This document shows, one piece after another, positions 28,438 through 38,742 of a DNA stretch of 64,000 bases (within the stretch, counting starts at the first letter, position 1; every line of letters starts with the position of its first letter). The notes under the pieces are model-generated. The model was not told the DNA's origin. It was given only the letters and a program-made list of their open reading frames with translations, and searched no databases. Location of the stretch: assembly GCA_963593735.1 (NCBI GenBank), contig CAVBBF010000002.1, positions 17,762 through 81,761 of the forward strand, given 5' to 3'. Made by a program: the position numbers and the translations under genes. This stretch comes from Phascolarctobacterium succinatutens. Its GTDB lineage: Bacteria; Bacillota; Clostridia; Christensenellales; CAG-917.

Positions 28438-29349
28438 TCATCTCTTCTTTTCTTCCCTGCGCTTGTCGTTGATTATCGCAAGAGCCTTTTCGTCGATGAG
28501 GGATATTCCCTCGCTCTTTGCGATTTCAACCATTTGAGTGAGCGCGGCTTTTAAGAAAACTCTGGGAATTTTGGTGAGTTTTGCGCAAGCGTCGTCGGTG
28601 AACCTCACCGCAGGGTCGATACGCGAGGCGGCATATTTGACGGAATTGATGTCGCCTTCCTTTGCCTGAATCTTTTCGGGATAGGGTTTTTTGAAGCGAG
28701 AACACCAGAAGTTCGTGCTGTCGCGATAGCCGTAGTCAACGGGAACGGGCGGATAATTGCGCTTGCTCACGCCGTTGACAATGGAATCGTAATACTCCTC
28801 TTTCATCCAGATTTTGTCTATTTTGAGGATAAAGTGCGCGCCGAATTTGCTTGTGATGCCGTTGAAATTGCGATATGGCGGCTCATAACCTTCAAGGCAA
28901 CCCGCCTTGTCGAGATACGCGTCTTCGAGCGAACTGTCCCAAGTGCATTCGAACACTTGAAACGCCTCTTGTACAATTTGCGGACGGTCGGAGCCGAGCG
29001 TGCTCGATTGCAAGGTAAAAATGCAATCTTTCATTTTCTTCTCTGTCGTGTCTCCGGGGAAACCGAGCCTTACGGCTTCTTTGAAGAATTTTTTGTCGTC
29101 CGTTATGAAATTGAGTGTGACCTTTCCAGTGCGCAAGATATTTTGTGCGGTGTTCGAGGAATTTCTCACTTCCAAAATCATTGCATAGTAATCTTTGCCT
29201 GCGATGTAGTACGGAAAGCAAAGCGAGTACGAACCGATGTTCGTTTGTCCGCTTTGAGAAACTGTGGACGCAAGCACGACCGGCATCGGGAAAAACGCCG
29301 AAGTTTGATAAAAGTTGTCAACAATACGCAAATCCTTAAATTCGCTCAT
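28438..29349 (-). CDS. Flavin-reductase-like (split-barrel) protein with C-terminal PCP_red-like tail
   Basis: 303 aa. The N-terminal ...FFPMPVVLASTVSQSGQTNIGSYS... resembles the FMN-binding split barrel. The C-terminal ...CAKLTKIPRVFLKAALTQMVEIAKSEG... resembles the protochlorophyllide-reductase-C-terminal-like domain. Assignment is from memory only. Confidence 0.45.
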   Translation of the reverse strand: MSEFKDLRIVDNFYQTSAFFPMPVVLASTVSQSGQTNIGSYSLCFPYYIAGKDYYAMILEVRNSSNTAQNILRTGKVTLNFITDDKKFFKEAVRLGFPGDTTEKKMKDCIFTLQSSTLGSDRPQIVQEAFQVFECTWDSSLEDAYLDKAGCLEGYEPPYRNFNGITSKFGAHFILKIDKIWMKEEYYDSIVNGVSKRNYPPVPVDYGYRDSTNFWCSRFKKPYPEKIQAKEGDINSVKYAASRIDPAVRFTDDACAKLTKIPRVFLKAALTQMVEIAKSEGISLIDEKALAIINDKRREEKKR

Positions 29350-29427
29350 ATCATTTCACCTCTATTTGCAGAATTTTGGCAAAGTAATTTGCCTTATTTT
29401 CAATTTAATGCGGTTAGATTCCGCAAA

Positions 29428-31050
29428 TTACTTCAAACTTCTCACCGTGTAGCCTTCTTTGGCAAGCACTCGAAGTTGAAGGTTGAGTTGGTCGATAAAC
29501 TCCTTGTTTGACGTTGTTTTGACAATCATGCCGATGAGATTTTCGGTGGCTTCGGCATTGTCGGTGTTAGACAAAATCTTGCGAATACCCCAAGTGCCTT
29601 CGAGTTCGCTGGGCGTAAGGAGCAACTCTTCCTTTCTCGTGCCGCTCTTTGCGAGGTCGATTGCAGGGAAAATTCTCTTTTCGCTAAGTCTGCGGTCAAG
29701 GTGAATTTCCATATTGCCCGTACCTTTGAATTCCTCGAAAATTACGTCGTCCATGCGGCTGCCCGTGTCGATAAGCGCGGTTGCGATGATTGTGAGCGAG
29801 CCGCCGTTTTCGATGTTTCTTGCCGAGCCGAAGAAGCGTTTGGGGCTATGGAGCGCGCCGGGATCGATACCGCCCGAGAGCGTTCTGCCCGTCGGCGGAA
29901 TTGTAAGATTGTACGCGCGCGCAAGCCTTGTGAGCGAGTCGAGCAAAATCACAACGTCTTTGCCCATTTCCACGAGGCGTTTTGCTCTTTCCAAAAGCAT
30001 TTCCGCCGTTTTGGTGTGGTGTTCGGGAAGTTCGTCGAAAGTGGAATAGACAACTTCACCCTTTATCGAGCGTTGCATATCGGTGACTTCTTCGGGGCGT
30101 TCGTCGATGAGCAAAACTTTGAGCTCGATTTCGGGATAATTTTTTGCAATGGAGCTTGCAATCATCTTCAAAAGCGTGGTTTTACCTGCTTTCGGCGGCG
30201 AAACGATTATACCTCTTTGACCTTTGCCGATTGGCGAAACAAGGTCGATGCAGCGAGTTGCGTATTCTCTTGGCGAAACTTCGAGGCGGATGCGCTCGTT
30301 GGGATAGATAGGCACGAGGTCGTCAAAGTTGGGACGTTTGCCCACTTTGTCCGCATCGATGCCGTTTATCGTCGTAACGCTCACGACTGCGGACGGTCTG
30401 CCCTCTTGCACCTTTTTGCAAAGAGAAGTCACATAGTCGCCTCTACGCAAACCGTATTGTTTGATTTTCATTGCCGAGACGTAGGCGTCCATTTCGTTGA
30501 ACTCGCCGTTTTTCACGCGCAGAAAGCCGTATCCGTCGGGATTGATTTCAAGATATCCCTCTCTGATTTGCTCACTGTCATCGTTATCTGTGCGCTCTGC
30601 AAGGACGTTTTCACGCACATTCGTCGCCTGATTTTGAGAGCGATATGCGTTCTGTCTTTGATTGAAATTTTGATTTCTGTTTTGTTGATATTGATTCTGA
30701 TTGCGGAAAGTCGGTTGGAATTTTGGCTTTTCAAAACCTTTGGGAAGCGGCGTATCGTTGTTACGTTCGACCGTGGGCGCAGGCGATGCGGTGAGAACTT
30801 CGACGTATTGACGCTCGGGCTTGCTTTCGCTTTGCGGCTGAGCCGCAACTGTCGTTTCTGCGGACTTTTTGGGTCTGCCTCTGCGCGGCGCTTCGGGGGG
30901 TGTCATCTCACCGTTTGTGATTTTGTACACCAAATCGACGAGGTCGGCTTTGTTGAGTTTCGTCGGTGCGCTCACTCCTACGTCTTTTGCGAGGGCGCGC
31001 ATCTCGAAAATGCTTTTTGCCTCCAACTCTTGTTTCGAGAATTTTTGCAT
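29428..31050 (-). CDS. rho: Transcription termination factor Rho with N/Q-rich N-terminal insertion
   Basis: 540 aa with an N-terminal Rho_N helix bundle, a CSD (GYGFLR), the P-loop PPKAGKTT and conserved C-terminal motifs. An insert of about 110 aa lies between Rho_N and the CSD. Confidence 0.95.
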   Translation of the reverse strand: MQKFSKQELEAKSIFEMRALAKDVGVSAPTKLNKADLVDLVYKITNGEMTPPEAPRRGRPKKSAETTVAAQPQSESKPERQYVEVLTASPAPTVERNNDTPLPKGFEKPKFQPTFRNQNQYQQNRNQNFNQRQNAYRSQNQATNVRENVLAERTDNDDSEQIREGYLEINPDGYGFLRVKNGEFNEMDAYVSAMKIKQYGLRRGDYVTSLCKKVQEGRPSAVVSVTTINGIDADKVGKRPNFDDLVPIYPNERIRLEVSPREYATRCIDLVSPIGKGQRGIIVSPPKAGKTTLLKMIASSIAKNYPEIELKVLLIDERPEEVTDMQRSIKGEVVYSTFDELPEHHTKTAEMLLERAKRLVEMGKDVVILLDSLTRLARAYNLTIPPTGRTLSGGIDPGALHSPKRFFGSARNIENGGSLTIIATALIDTGSRMDDVIFEEFKGTGNMEIHLDRRLSEKRIFPAIDLAKSGTRKEELLLTPSELEGTWGIRKILSNTDNAEATENLIGMIVKTTSNKEFIDQLNLQLRVLAKEGYTVRSLK

Positions 31051-31128
31051 GTATTTCTCCTATATACGAGCAACGCTCGTAAAAAATATATTACGATATA
31101 AAAGTGTTAGGATTGAAAGTATATTTGT

Positions 31129-31154
31129 CCGTTGCCGACTTTTGTCGGCAACGG
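31129..31154 (-). terminator. Perfect 11-bp hairpin downstream of the MBL-hydrolase gene (no U-tract)
   Basis: CCGTTGCCGAC-TTTT-GTCGGCAACGG. It lacks a T-run on either strand, so its terminator function is uncertain. Confidence 0.3.
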
Positions 31155-31171
31155 CTTAAAATCGAGTGAAA

Positions 31172-31825
31172 TTATTTTGAAAGTTTGTCAAGAACCAAAA
31201 CTTTTGTTTCTTCGCCGTCAAAGTCCGCCCTGTCGAACTCTACGGTCGTCGAGTCGGCATAAACGATGTTTTCGTCGTCGAAAAGCGACAAAAATTCGTT
31301 GACTTTGTCGATGTCGAACTCGCAGTCCTTGGTCTTGTAGTGCATAGGAATCACAACGTCAGGCATAATGCGATCGACGTATTCCTTTGCCTCTTTTGCG
31401 TCAATCGTGTAGTTGCCTCCGACGGGAATCATAAGAATGTTTACAGGCATAAGGGATTCAACCAAAATCGCGTTGCATTCCTCACCGATATCGCCCATAT
31501 GGCACACTTCCACGCCGTCCATACGATATTTGAAAATGAGGTTGTCTCCTCTCAAACTTCCCTTTTTGTCGTCGTGATAGGAACGACTTGCAAGGATGTG
31601 AACGCCGCCGATTTCGTATGCGCCGACTCTGTTGAGAACGGTGGGATCGCCACCGACTTTCGACACGCAACAATGATCGTTGTGAGCGTGGGACACCGTC
31701 ACGATGTCCGCTTCTACGTCGGGCATTTCATATCCGACGTAAGAATGATAAGGGTCGGTTACAATCCTCGTTCCGGTGCTTTCTTCAAGCAGAAACGACG
31801 AGTGACCAAGCCAAGTGATTTTCAT
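31172..31825 (-). CDS. MBL-fold metal-dependent hydrolase (UPF0173-like)
   Basis: 217 aa, MKITWLGHSSFLLE...VSHAHNDH. Confidence 0.8.
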   Translation of the reverse strand: MKITWLGHSSFLLEESTGTRIVTDPYHSYVGYEMPDVEADIVTVSHAHNDHCCVSKVGGDPTVLNRVGAYEIGGVHILASRSYHDDKKGSLRGDNLIFKYRMDGVEVCHMGDIGEECNAILVESLMPVNILMIPVGGNYTIDAKEAKEYVDRIMPDVVIPMHYKTKDCEFDIDKVNEFLSLFDDENIVYADSTTVEFDRADFDGEETKVLVLDKLSK

Positions 31826-31845
31826 TTTTTACTCCTTTTTGTTCG

Positions 31846-32994
31846 TCAACCGTTGAGCCTTTCCACGAGTTCGCGAATCTTTTGCGACGGGTCAAGCAAG
31901 TTGGAAACCGACTCGTTGACGTTTGCCGCGGCAATTATGTACGAGATATACTTCGACAAATCGGCTTCGACAAACCATTCGCAATCCTTGAGTTCGGGAA
32001 TGCGATAGGTGAGGTTTGTAGACACAACCGCGTCGAAAATGCCGTCTTCGTACGCTTTGTTGAATTTTTCAACGCCTTCTGTAAAGAGCGAGAACGTCGC
32101 GGCGAGGAAAACTCTTTTTGCTCCCTTCTCCTTTATCTCTTTTGCAAGTTTGAGAATGGAATCGCCCGTTGCGATCATATCGTCTGCGACAAACACGTTC
32201 ATACCCTCGACGTTTGCGCCGATGTATTCGTGCGCGACGATGGGATTGCGCCCGTTTATGATGGTGGAATAATCCCTTCTCTTGTAGAACATACCGAGGT
32301 CGAGTCCGAGCACAGAGGCATAGAACACGTTTCTCGTCATTGCGCCTTCGTCGGGCGAGATGACCATAAGGCTGTCCTTTTGGAGTTTAACGTCGGGGAA
32401 ACGCCTTGTGAGGCATTTGAGAATCTGATAGTGCGCAAAATAGTTGTCAAATCCCATAAGAGGAACGGAATTTTGCACTCTGGGGTCGTGAGCGTCAAAC
32501 GTGATGATGTCCGTTACGCCCATGCTCTGAAGTTCCTGAAGCATTTGAGCGCAGTCGAGAGATTCTCTTGCGCTTCTTCTATGCTGACGGCCGCCGTAGA
32601 GCATCGGCATTACGACCGTGATGCGAGCGGGTTTGCCTGTACAGGCACATATTATGCGTTTGAGGTTTTGATAATGCTCGTCGGGAGTGAGCGGAATATC
32701 CTTTCCGAAAAACGGATACGTTACGCCGTGATTGCCCGGATCGCATATAATGTACAGATCCTTGCCGCGAACGGTTTCGTAAATTATTCCCTTTGCGTCG
32801 CCGTTGGTGAAACGCGGACAATCGGATTTGAGGATAAAAGTGTCTTTATGCAGTTTTTTCCCGAGATGCGATTCTCTAAACAGTGTGATAAGTCTTTTGT
32901 CGATGAGTTGTGCAAGTTCTTCCGCGCCGGGTGTTGCGATGAGAGCAATGGGCGCGCTGGGCGTCTCTGTAAAGACTGAAAAATCCGGTGTCAT
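31846..32994 (-). CDS. prs: Ribose-phosphate pyrophosphokinase (long form)
   Basis: I place the start at ATG 32994 (GGAGG 5 nt upstream). The track ORF extends to 33048. PRPP-binding loop VADDMIATGDS. About 382 aa. Confidence 0.8.
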   Translation of the reverse strand: MTPDFSVFTETPSAPIALIATPGAEELAQLIDKRLITLFRESHLGKKLHKDTFILKSDCPRFTNGDAKGIIYETVRGKDLYIICDPGNHGVTYPFFGKDIPLTPDEHYQNLKRIICACTGKPARITVVMPMLYGGRQHRRSARESLDCAQMLQELQSMGVTDIITFDAHDPRVQNSVPLMGFDNYFAHYQILKCLTRRFPDVKLQKDSLMVISPDEGAMTRNVFYASVLGLDLGMFYKRRDYSTIINGRNPIVAHEYIGANVEGMNVFVADDMIATGDSILKLAKEIKEKGAKRVFLAATFSLFTEGVEKFNKAYEDGIFDAVVSTNLTYRIPELKDCEWFVEADLSKYISYIIAAANVNESVSNLLDPSQKIRELVERLNG

Positions 32995-33103
32995 TTGTGC
33001 CTCCGTAAGTTGTAAGAAAAGTATATCAAACTTTTTTCGTCTTGACAATCATAATTAGTCATTAAATGATATTAATTTGAAAATTAAGCGTCGAAAAATA
33101 GCA

Positions 33104-34231
33104 TTATATGTCGAGAATCTCAACCAAAATCGAATTCATAACCGCCATTCCCTCTCTATTGAGGAAAACAAAGCCGTCTTTTCGCTCGAAAAATTTTTCG
33201 AGATTTTGCGGAACGTTCGGCATACGCTCTGCTTTTACGCCTTTTTTCGTGCGCAAGGCAAGCATAATTTCTTCCTCATATACCGATTTATCGTCGATAT
33301 TTTCTTTGTATTCTCGGCAAATTTGCACATAATATTTTGCGCTTTCAACAGCGTTTTTATACTTGTCGAGATTTTTGAAATTTGCAAATCGCACTTGATT
33401 TTCAAGTGATTTTTCGCCGTCCGAAGTCTTCAAAAACGAGTGCGCGCCTGCACCGAAACCGAGATATTCCTCTCTTGTCCAGTAGCCTAAATTGTGATGT
33501 GAAATTTTGCCGTCTTTTGAAAAATTAGATACTTCGTATCTACAAAAAACGCATTTTTGCGCCGTATCGAATGCAACGTCAAACAAATCCTGCGTTTCGT
33601 CGTCGCTCGGAAGGGATATTTTGCCCAACTTTATCAACTTTTCGAGCGACGTGCCTTCTTCAACGCTCAACTCGTACATCGAAAGGTGACTTACGAGCGG
33701 CGCAAGCGTTTCGACTTCCTCTTTTATTCTGTCCGTCGTGTCAAAAGGAAGCCCTACAATCAAATCAGCCGACACGTTGTCGAAATAGCGTTTTGCGAGT
33801 TTGATTTTCTCGATTGCGGTTTTCGAGTCGTGAAGTCTGCCTATCGCCCTCAAATTGTCGTCGAAAAGGCTTTGCACGCCTATGCTGATTCTGTTTATCC
33901 CCTCTTTTCGATACGCCTTTAATTTTTCCTCGTCCAAACTTTCGGGATTGCACTCTATACTGAACTCTTTCACGCCCGACAAATCGAAGTTTTTGGCAAG
34001 GTTTTCGCAAAGTTTTTCGATTTGACTCACATCAAGCAAACTCGGCGTTCCTCCGCCTATATAAATCGTGTCGATTTTCGCACTCGAAAACGCTCTGCCC
34101 GCAAGTTCGATTTCTCGATTTAGCACAGTTAGATATTCGAAAATCGCCTGTTTGTCATGACAAGCGTAGGAATTGAAATCGCAGTATCTGCACTTGGATT
34201 TACAAAACGGAACGTGGACGTAAATTTGCAT
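33104..34231 (-). CDS. hemW: Radical SAM heme chaperone HemW
   Basis: 375 aa, MQIYVHVPFCKSKCRYCDF. Conserved lepA-hemW pairing. Confidence 0.85.
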   Translation of the reverse strand: MQIYVHVPFCKSKCRYCDFNSYACHDKQAIFEYLTVLNREIELAGRAFSSAKIDTIYIGGGTPSLLDVSQIEKLCENLAKNFDLSGVKEFSIECNPESLDEEKLKAYRKEGINRISIGVQSLFDDNLRAIGRLHDSKTAIEKIKLAKRYFDNVSADLIVGLPFDTTDRIKEEVETLAPLVSHLSMYELSVEEGTSLEKLIKLGKISLPSDDETQDLFDVAFDTAQKCVFCRYEVSNFSKDGKISHHNLGYWTREEYLGFGAGAHSFLKTSDGEKSLENQVRFANFKNLDKYKNAVESAKYYVQICREYKENIDDKSVYEEEIMLALRTKKGVKAERMPNVPQNLEKFFERKDGFVFLNREGMAVMNSILVEILDI

Positions 34232-34281
34232 TTTTTCGTTTGAAAACCCCGAAAAAATTTGCGTTTTTCGGGGTTATAATT

Positions 34282-36114
34282 TTATTTGTTCGGGTCGACT
34301 TTGAGTATGGAAATAAACGCCTCGCTCGGCACTTCCACACTGCCCACTTTGCGCATGCGTTTTTTGCCTTCTTTTTGCTTTTCGAGCAACTTTTTCTTTC
34401 TCGTTATGTCGCCGCCGTAGCACTTTGCAAGCACGTCTTTGCGCATTGCTTTGACGGTTTCTCTGGCAATGATTTTGCCGCCGACGGTTGCTTGAATTGG
34501 TATCTCGAAAAGTTGGCGAGGAATCACGTCTTTGAGTTTTTCGGCAATACCTCTGCCCCTTGCGTATGCGTTGTCTTTATGCACGATTATGGAAAGTGCG
34601 TCGCACATATCGCCGTTTATCATCATATCGAGGCGCACAAGGTCGCTCTTTTCGTAGCCGTCCATTTCGTAGTCGAGGGACGCATAGCCGCGCGTTCTCG
34701 ATTTTAGGCTGTCGAAAAAGTCGTAAATGATTTCGTTGAGCGGCATACGGTAGATGAGTTGAACGCGAGTCGGATCGATGTAACTCATATCCACGAAAAC
34801 GCCTCTCTTCCCCTGACAAAGTTCCATGATAGGTCCGACGTATTCGGGCGGCGTGTAGAGCGTGGCTTTGACGATAGGTTCTTCTATGCTCGCAATCTCG
34901 CTCGGATTTGGCAAAGCGGTCGGATTGTCGATAGTGAGTTTGTCGCCGTTGGTCTTCGTAACGATGTACGAAACGCTGGGCGCGGTGGTTATCAAATCGA
35001 GGTCGAATTCTCTTTCGAGGCGTTCCTCGATGATTTCCATATGCAAAAGCCCGAGGAAGCCGCAACGAAAACCGAATCCGAGCGCGGTTGAAACTTCGGG
35101 GTCGAAACTTAGCGAAGCGTCGTTGAGTTGCAATTTCAAAAGAGCCTCTTTCAAATCGTCGTATCTTGCGCCGTCGGCAGGGAAAACGCCCGTATACACC
35201 ATCGGCGTGGCCTTTTTATATCCGGGAAGCGCCTCTTTTGCAGGATTTTGCGCATTGGTTATCGTATCGCCCACCGCCGTGTCGCTTACGTTCTTTATGC
35301 TTGCCGCAATATATCCGACTTCTCCCGAACTCAATACGTCGCAAGGGCGCATACCGGGTGAAAAATATCCAACCTCGACAACTTCGAACGTCTTGCCCGA
35401 CGACATCATTTTTATCGTATCGCCGACTTTGACGGTGCCGTCCACAATGCGCACCATAGAGATTGCGCCGCGATAATTGTCATAGAAACTGTCAAAAATC
35501 AACGCTTTGAGCGGAGCGTCGTCCTCTCCCTTGGGCGCAGGCAGTTTTTGGATGATTTGCTCGATTAGATTGTCGATTCCTATGCCCTCTTTTGCCGATA
35601 CGAGCGGACAACCGTCGGTGTCGAGCCCTATGATGTCCTCAACCTCGAGTTTCACTGCGTCAACGTCTGCGGACGCAAGGTCGATTTTGTTGATGACCGG
35701 CAATATTTCAAGGTCGTTTTCAAGAGCGAGATATACGTTCGACAGCGTTTGAGCCTCCACGCCCTGCGTTGCGTCCACAACAAGCAGCGCGCCTTCGCAA
35801 GCGGCGAGAGAGCGTGAAACTTCGTAAGTGAAGTCAACGTGACCGGGCGTGTCGATAAGGTTGAAGATATATTCTTCGCCGTTATACTGATAATACAGCC
35901 TGCACGTTTGCAGTTTTATGGTGATGCCTCTCTCTTTTTCGATTTCCATATTGTCGAGCAGTTGTTCGGACATTTCGCGCGCAGAAACCGTACCCGTCCT
36001 TTCGATGAGGCGGTCTGCAAGCGTACTCTTGCCGTGATCGATGTGCGCGATTATGGAAAAATTGCGAATATGTTTTTTGCTCAACTTGTCCTCTTTGTCC
36101 TCGAACTTCCGCAT
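34282..36114 (-). CDS. lepA: Translation elongation factor 4 (LepA)
   Basis: I place the start at ATG 36114 ([31 protein letters not shown]). The track ORF extends to 36201. Full LepA C-terminal domain. Confidence 0.95.
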   Translation of the reverse strand: MRKFEDKEDKLSKKHIRNFSIIAHIDHGKSTLADRLIERTGTVSAREMSEQLLDNMEIEKERGITIKLQTCRLYYQYNGEEYIFNLIDTPGHVDFTYEVSRSLAACEGALLVVDATQGVEAQTLSNVYLALENDLEILPVINKIDLASADVDAVKLEVEDIIGLDTDGCPLVSAKEGIGIDNLIEQIIQKLPAPKGEDDAPLKALIFDSFYDNYRGAISMVRIVDGTVKVGDTIKMMSSGKTFEVVEVGYFSPGMRPCDVLSSGEVGYIAASIKNVSDTAVGDTITNAQNPAKEALPGYKKATPMVYTGVFPADGARYDDLKEALLKLQLNDASLSFDPEVSTALGFGFRCGFLGLLHMEIIEERLEREFDLDLITTAPSVSYIVTKTNGDKLTIDNPTALPNPSEIASIEEPIVKATLYTPPEYVGPIMELCQGKRGVFVDMSYIDPTRVQLIYRMPLNEIIYDFFDSLKSRTRGYASLDYEMDGYEKSDLVRLDMMINGDMCDALSIIVHKDNAYARGRGIAEKLKDVIPRQLFEIPIQATVGGKIIARETVKAMRKDVLAKCYGGDITRKKKLLEKQKEGKKRMRKVGSVEVPSEAFISILKVDPNK

Positions 36115-36215
36115 TATTGCAAAAATTCGGAATAAATTTTGTAAACTATTGACTTTATTATAATTGAATAATAAAATTTTATCAACAAAATAAAAAAACA
36201 AAACGAGGGTTAAGT

Positions 36216-37031
36216 ATGAATTTTCAATGGCTTTTCGACAGACCCATTGCGCATCGCGGTTTGCACGACGATCAGTATCCCGAAAACAGCGTACCCGCCT
36301 ATGAACAGGCGATTGCGCACAACTTCAACATCGAAATCGACGTGCACGTTTCAAAAGACGGCGAAGTGGTTGTCTTCCACGACGACAGCCTCAAAAGGGT
36401 TTGCGGAGTCGACAAACTCGTCAAGGACTGCACCGTGTCCGAACTCAAATCCTATCCCCTCGCAAACTCCGAGTATACGATTCCCACTTTCAAAGAATTT
36501 CTCGCCCTCGTCGACGGAAAAGTGGGTATCCTCTGCGAGATAAAGGGCATCAATCCTTTCAATCACCGCATCGTGAGGGAGACGATAAAGGTTTTGAACG
36601 AAGTGGGCTACAAGGGCAACATCGCACTTCAATCCTTCGATTTCGGCGCGGTTTTGTACGCAAAACGCCATTCCGACTATCCCGTCGGCGAACTCTGCAC
36701 TTGGTGCTCCCCCGACGGAAAGCACAACAGATGGTGGGCAACCGACTTTATGGGCAAACTTTGGATAAACAAAATCACTCGCCCCGACTTCATCGCATAC
36801 GACGTTCGCGCGGTTGACAGAAAACTGACAGAAAACAATTGGATTGTCAAATGGAGCAAAAAAGTGCCCGTCATAATGTGGACGATAAAGTCGCAAGAAA
36901 CACTCGAAGACGCGACCAAATACGCAAACAACGTCATCTTCGAGCATATGGACGCAGCGCAAATGAACGACTTGGCAGGAAAATTTATGCCCTTCCGTTG
37001 CCTTGAAAAGAATCTGCCCTCGAACAAATAA
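36216..37031 (+). CDS. Glycerophosphodiester phosphodiesterase family protein
   Basis: 271 aa, [15 protein letters not shown]...IEIDVH. Confidence 0.8.
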   Translation: MNFQWLFDRPIAHRGLHDDQYPENSVPAYEQAIAHNFNIEIDVHVSKDGEVVVFHDDSLKRVCGVDKLVKDCTVSELKSYPLANSEYTIPTFKEFLALVDGKVGILCEIKGINPFNHRIVRETIKVLNEVGYKGNIALQSFDFGAVLYAKRHSDYPVGELCTWCSPDGKHNRWWATDFMGKLWINKITRPDFIAYDVRAVDRKLTENNWIVKWSKKVPVIMWTIKSQETLEDATKYANNVIFEHMDAAQMNDLAGKFMPFRCLEKNLPSNK

Positions 37032-37164
37032 ACTCCTTGCCTATGCGACGGCAACAAAAAGTCGCGCAAAATTTGCAAATCGGCAACAATCGATTGGTCT
37101 GAAAATTGATTGGTTTTCGATTGACTTGCCATTGCATATATGATATTTTGATTCAAACGGTTTG

Positions 37165-37214
37165 AAACGCGCCCGTACACAAAGGCTATTTGTGTAAGGG
37201 CGCGTTTTCGTTTT
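37165..37214 (+). terminator. Strong hairpin plus U-tract between the GDPD and MATE genes (terminator or leader attenuator)
   Basis: ACGCGCCC-GTACACAAA-GGCT-ATTTGTGTA-A-GGGCGCGT followed by TTTTCGTTTT. It ends only about 7 nt before the MATE RBS GGAGG. Confidence 0.6.
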
Positions 37215-37236
37215 AGAAAAGGAGGAATCGTCCCGT

Positions 37237-38583
37237 ATGAAAAACAATGCCATTTTCAAAGAGTTTGCAAAGTATGTGTCGCTTGGCGTTTTGGGACAAA
37301 TCGCATTGTCCTGCTACACCCTCGCGGACACTTTCTTCGTGTCGGCAAAATTGGGTGCCGACGGACTAACGGCTCTCAATCTCGCATTCCCTATATTTTG
37401 CGTCATCAACGGCATCGGGCTTATGTTAGGCATGGGAGGCGGCACAAAATACGCAATATATAAAAGTCGGCAAGAGGACGAAAAGGCAAATCTCATTTTT
37501 ACAAACGCACTGTACATCGTTCTCGTTTTCTCTGTCGCTTTCGTCTTGATGGGAGCATTCCTTTCAAAGTATATCGTAAAATTTTTGGGCGCAGACGAAA
37601 CGCTTTTGAATATGACCGACACCTATGCGAAAGTTATGCTCCTGTTTACGCCCGCTTTTTTAACCAACAATCTATTGCAGTGTTTTGTGAGGAACGACGG
37701 AAAGCCATCGCTTTCTATGGCGGCAATGATTACGGGAAGTTTGTCGAACGTCCTTCTCGATTACATATTCATCTTCCCTCTGAATATGGGGATATTCGGC
37801 GCGATTCTCGCGACGGGGCTTGCGCCCGTTATTAGCATTTGCGTATTATCGCCGTATCTGATAACGAGGAAAAACAAATTCCGCTTCGTAAAGTCGAAGC
37901 CGAGCGGAACTTGCGCAAAAGAAATTCTGTCGAGCGGTTTTTCGCCATTCCTCACCGAAGCGACATCAGGCATCGTTATGTTTTTGTTCAACTACATAAT
38001 TTTGCGAATAACGGGCAACATCGGCGTGGCGGCTTTCGGCGTGATATCTGTCATATCTCTTGTTGTTATCGCCATGTACACGGGATTATCGCAAGGCGCG
38101 CAACCGATTTTAAGCCGCAATCACGGCGAGGGGAAAGAAGAAAACGTAAAATACATCTTGCGTTACGCGATGATAACAGCGCTTATCCTGTCCGCCATAA
38201 TTTACGCGACCGTCTTTTTTGCAGCGACGGATTTGACGAAGATATTCAACAGCGAAAAGAACCAAACTTTGCAATCCCTTGCGGAAACGGGGCTGAAACT
38301 GTACTTCATCGCCTGTCCGTTCATAGGTTTCAACATTATGACGGCAACGTATTTTATCTCGACCGAAAAGCCTATTTATGCGCAAATCATATCCCTCTCG
38401 CGCGGATTTTTCGTCTTGATACCCGTTGCGTTTCTCTTGTCGTCGCTTTTCAAAATGACAGGCGTATGGTGCGCATATCCGACGGCCGAGTGTATCGTTG
38501 CAATAATCGGACTGATTTTGTACATACTGAACGAACGTCGCAAAAAACGACAAGACAAACAAACACATCCCGACATATCGTGA
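37237..38583 (+). CDS. MATE family efflux transporter
   Basis: 448 aa with 12 hydrophobic segments and a MatE-type sequence (LGVLGQIALSCYTLADTFFVS). Confidence 0.85.
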   Translation: MKNNAIFKEFAKYVSLGVLGQIALSCYTLADTFFVSAKLGADGLTALNLAFPIFCVINGIGLMLGMGGGTKYAIYKSRQEDEKANLIFTNALYIVLVFSVAFVLMGAFLSKYIVKFLGADETLLNMTDTYAKVMLLFTPAFLTNNLLQCFVRNDGKPSLSMAAMITGSLSNVLLDYIFIFPLNMGIFGAILATGLAPVISICVLSPYLITRKNKFRFVKSKPSGTCAKEILSSGFSPFLTEATSGIVMFLFNYIILRITGNIGVAAFGVISVISLVVIAMYTGLSQGAQPILSRNHGEGKEENVKYILRYAMITALILSAIIYATVFFAATDLTKIFNSEKNQTLQSLAETGLKLYFIACPFIGFNIMTATYFISTEKPIYAQIISLSRGFFVLIPVAFLLSSLFKMTGVWCAYPTAECIVAIIGLILYILNERRKKRQDKQTHPDIS

Positions 38584-38614
38584 ATTTTGCTTCAATAATC
38601 AAAATAAAACTACG

Positions 38615-38647
38615 AAAAGGCAACCGCAAATCGTACGGTTGCCTTTT
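38615..38647. terminator. Bidirectional intrinsic terminator
   Basis: AAAA-GGCAACCG-(9 nt)-CGGTTGCC-TTTT, between convergent genes. Confidence 0.75.
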
Positions 38648-38742
38648 GATTTTAATTTCCGCTCTGCTTGACGTTTCCCTTTCGGGAACAAACCTCGAGA
38701 GTTTACATTGCGCCCGCAGAGTTTTGTTGGTATTGCCGATTC

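Noticed and set aside
36115-36201. N-terminal extensions of several track ORFs: lepA to 36201, prs to 33048, AKR to 24045, rpmF to 55309, rnc to 53636, the DUF1508 gene to 19921 and the sigma-like gene to 59977.
   Set aside because: Internal ATGs preceded by GGAGG-type RBSs give N-termini matching the conserved family starts, whereas the extensions lack an RBS and read as junk. The rnc start remains the least certain.
37152-37166. Guanidine-II (mini-ykkC) riboswitch upstream of the MATE gene, because the small hairpin contains ACGG.
   Set aside because: mini-ykkC needs two hairpins, each with an ACGR tetraloop closed by C-G. Here there is a single A-U-closed hairpin with a CGG or ACGGU loop.
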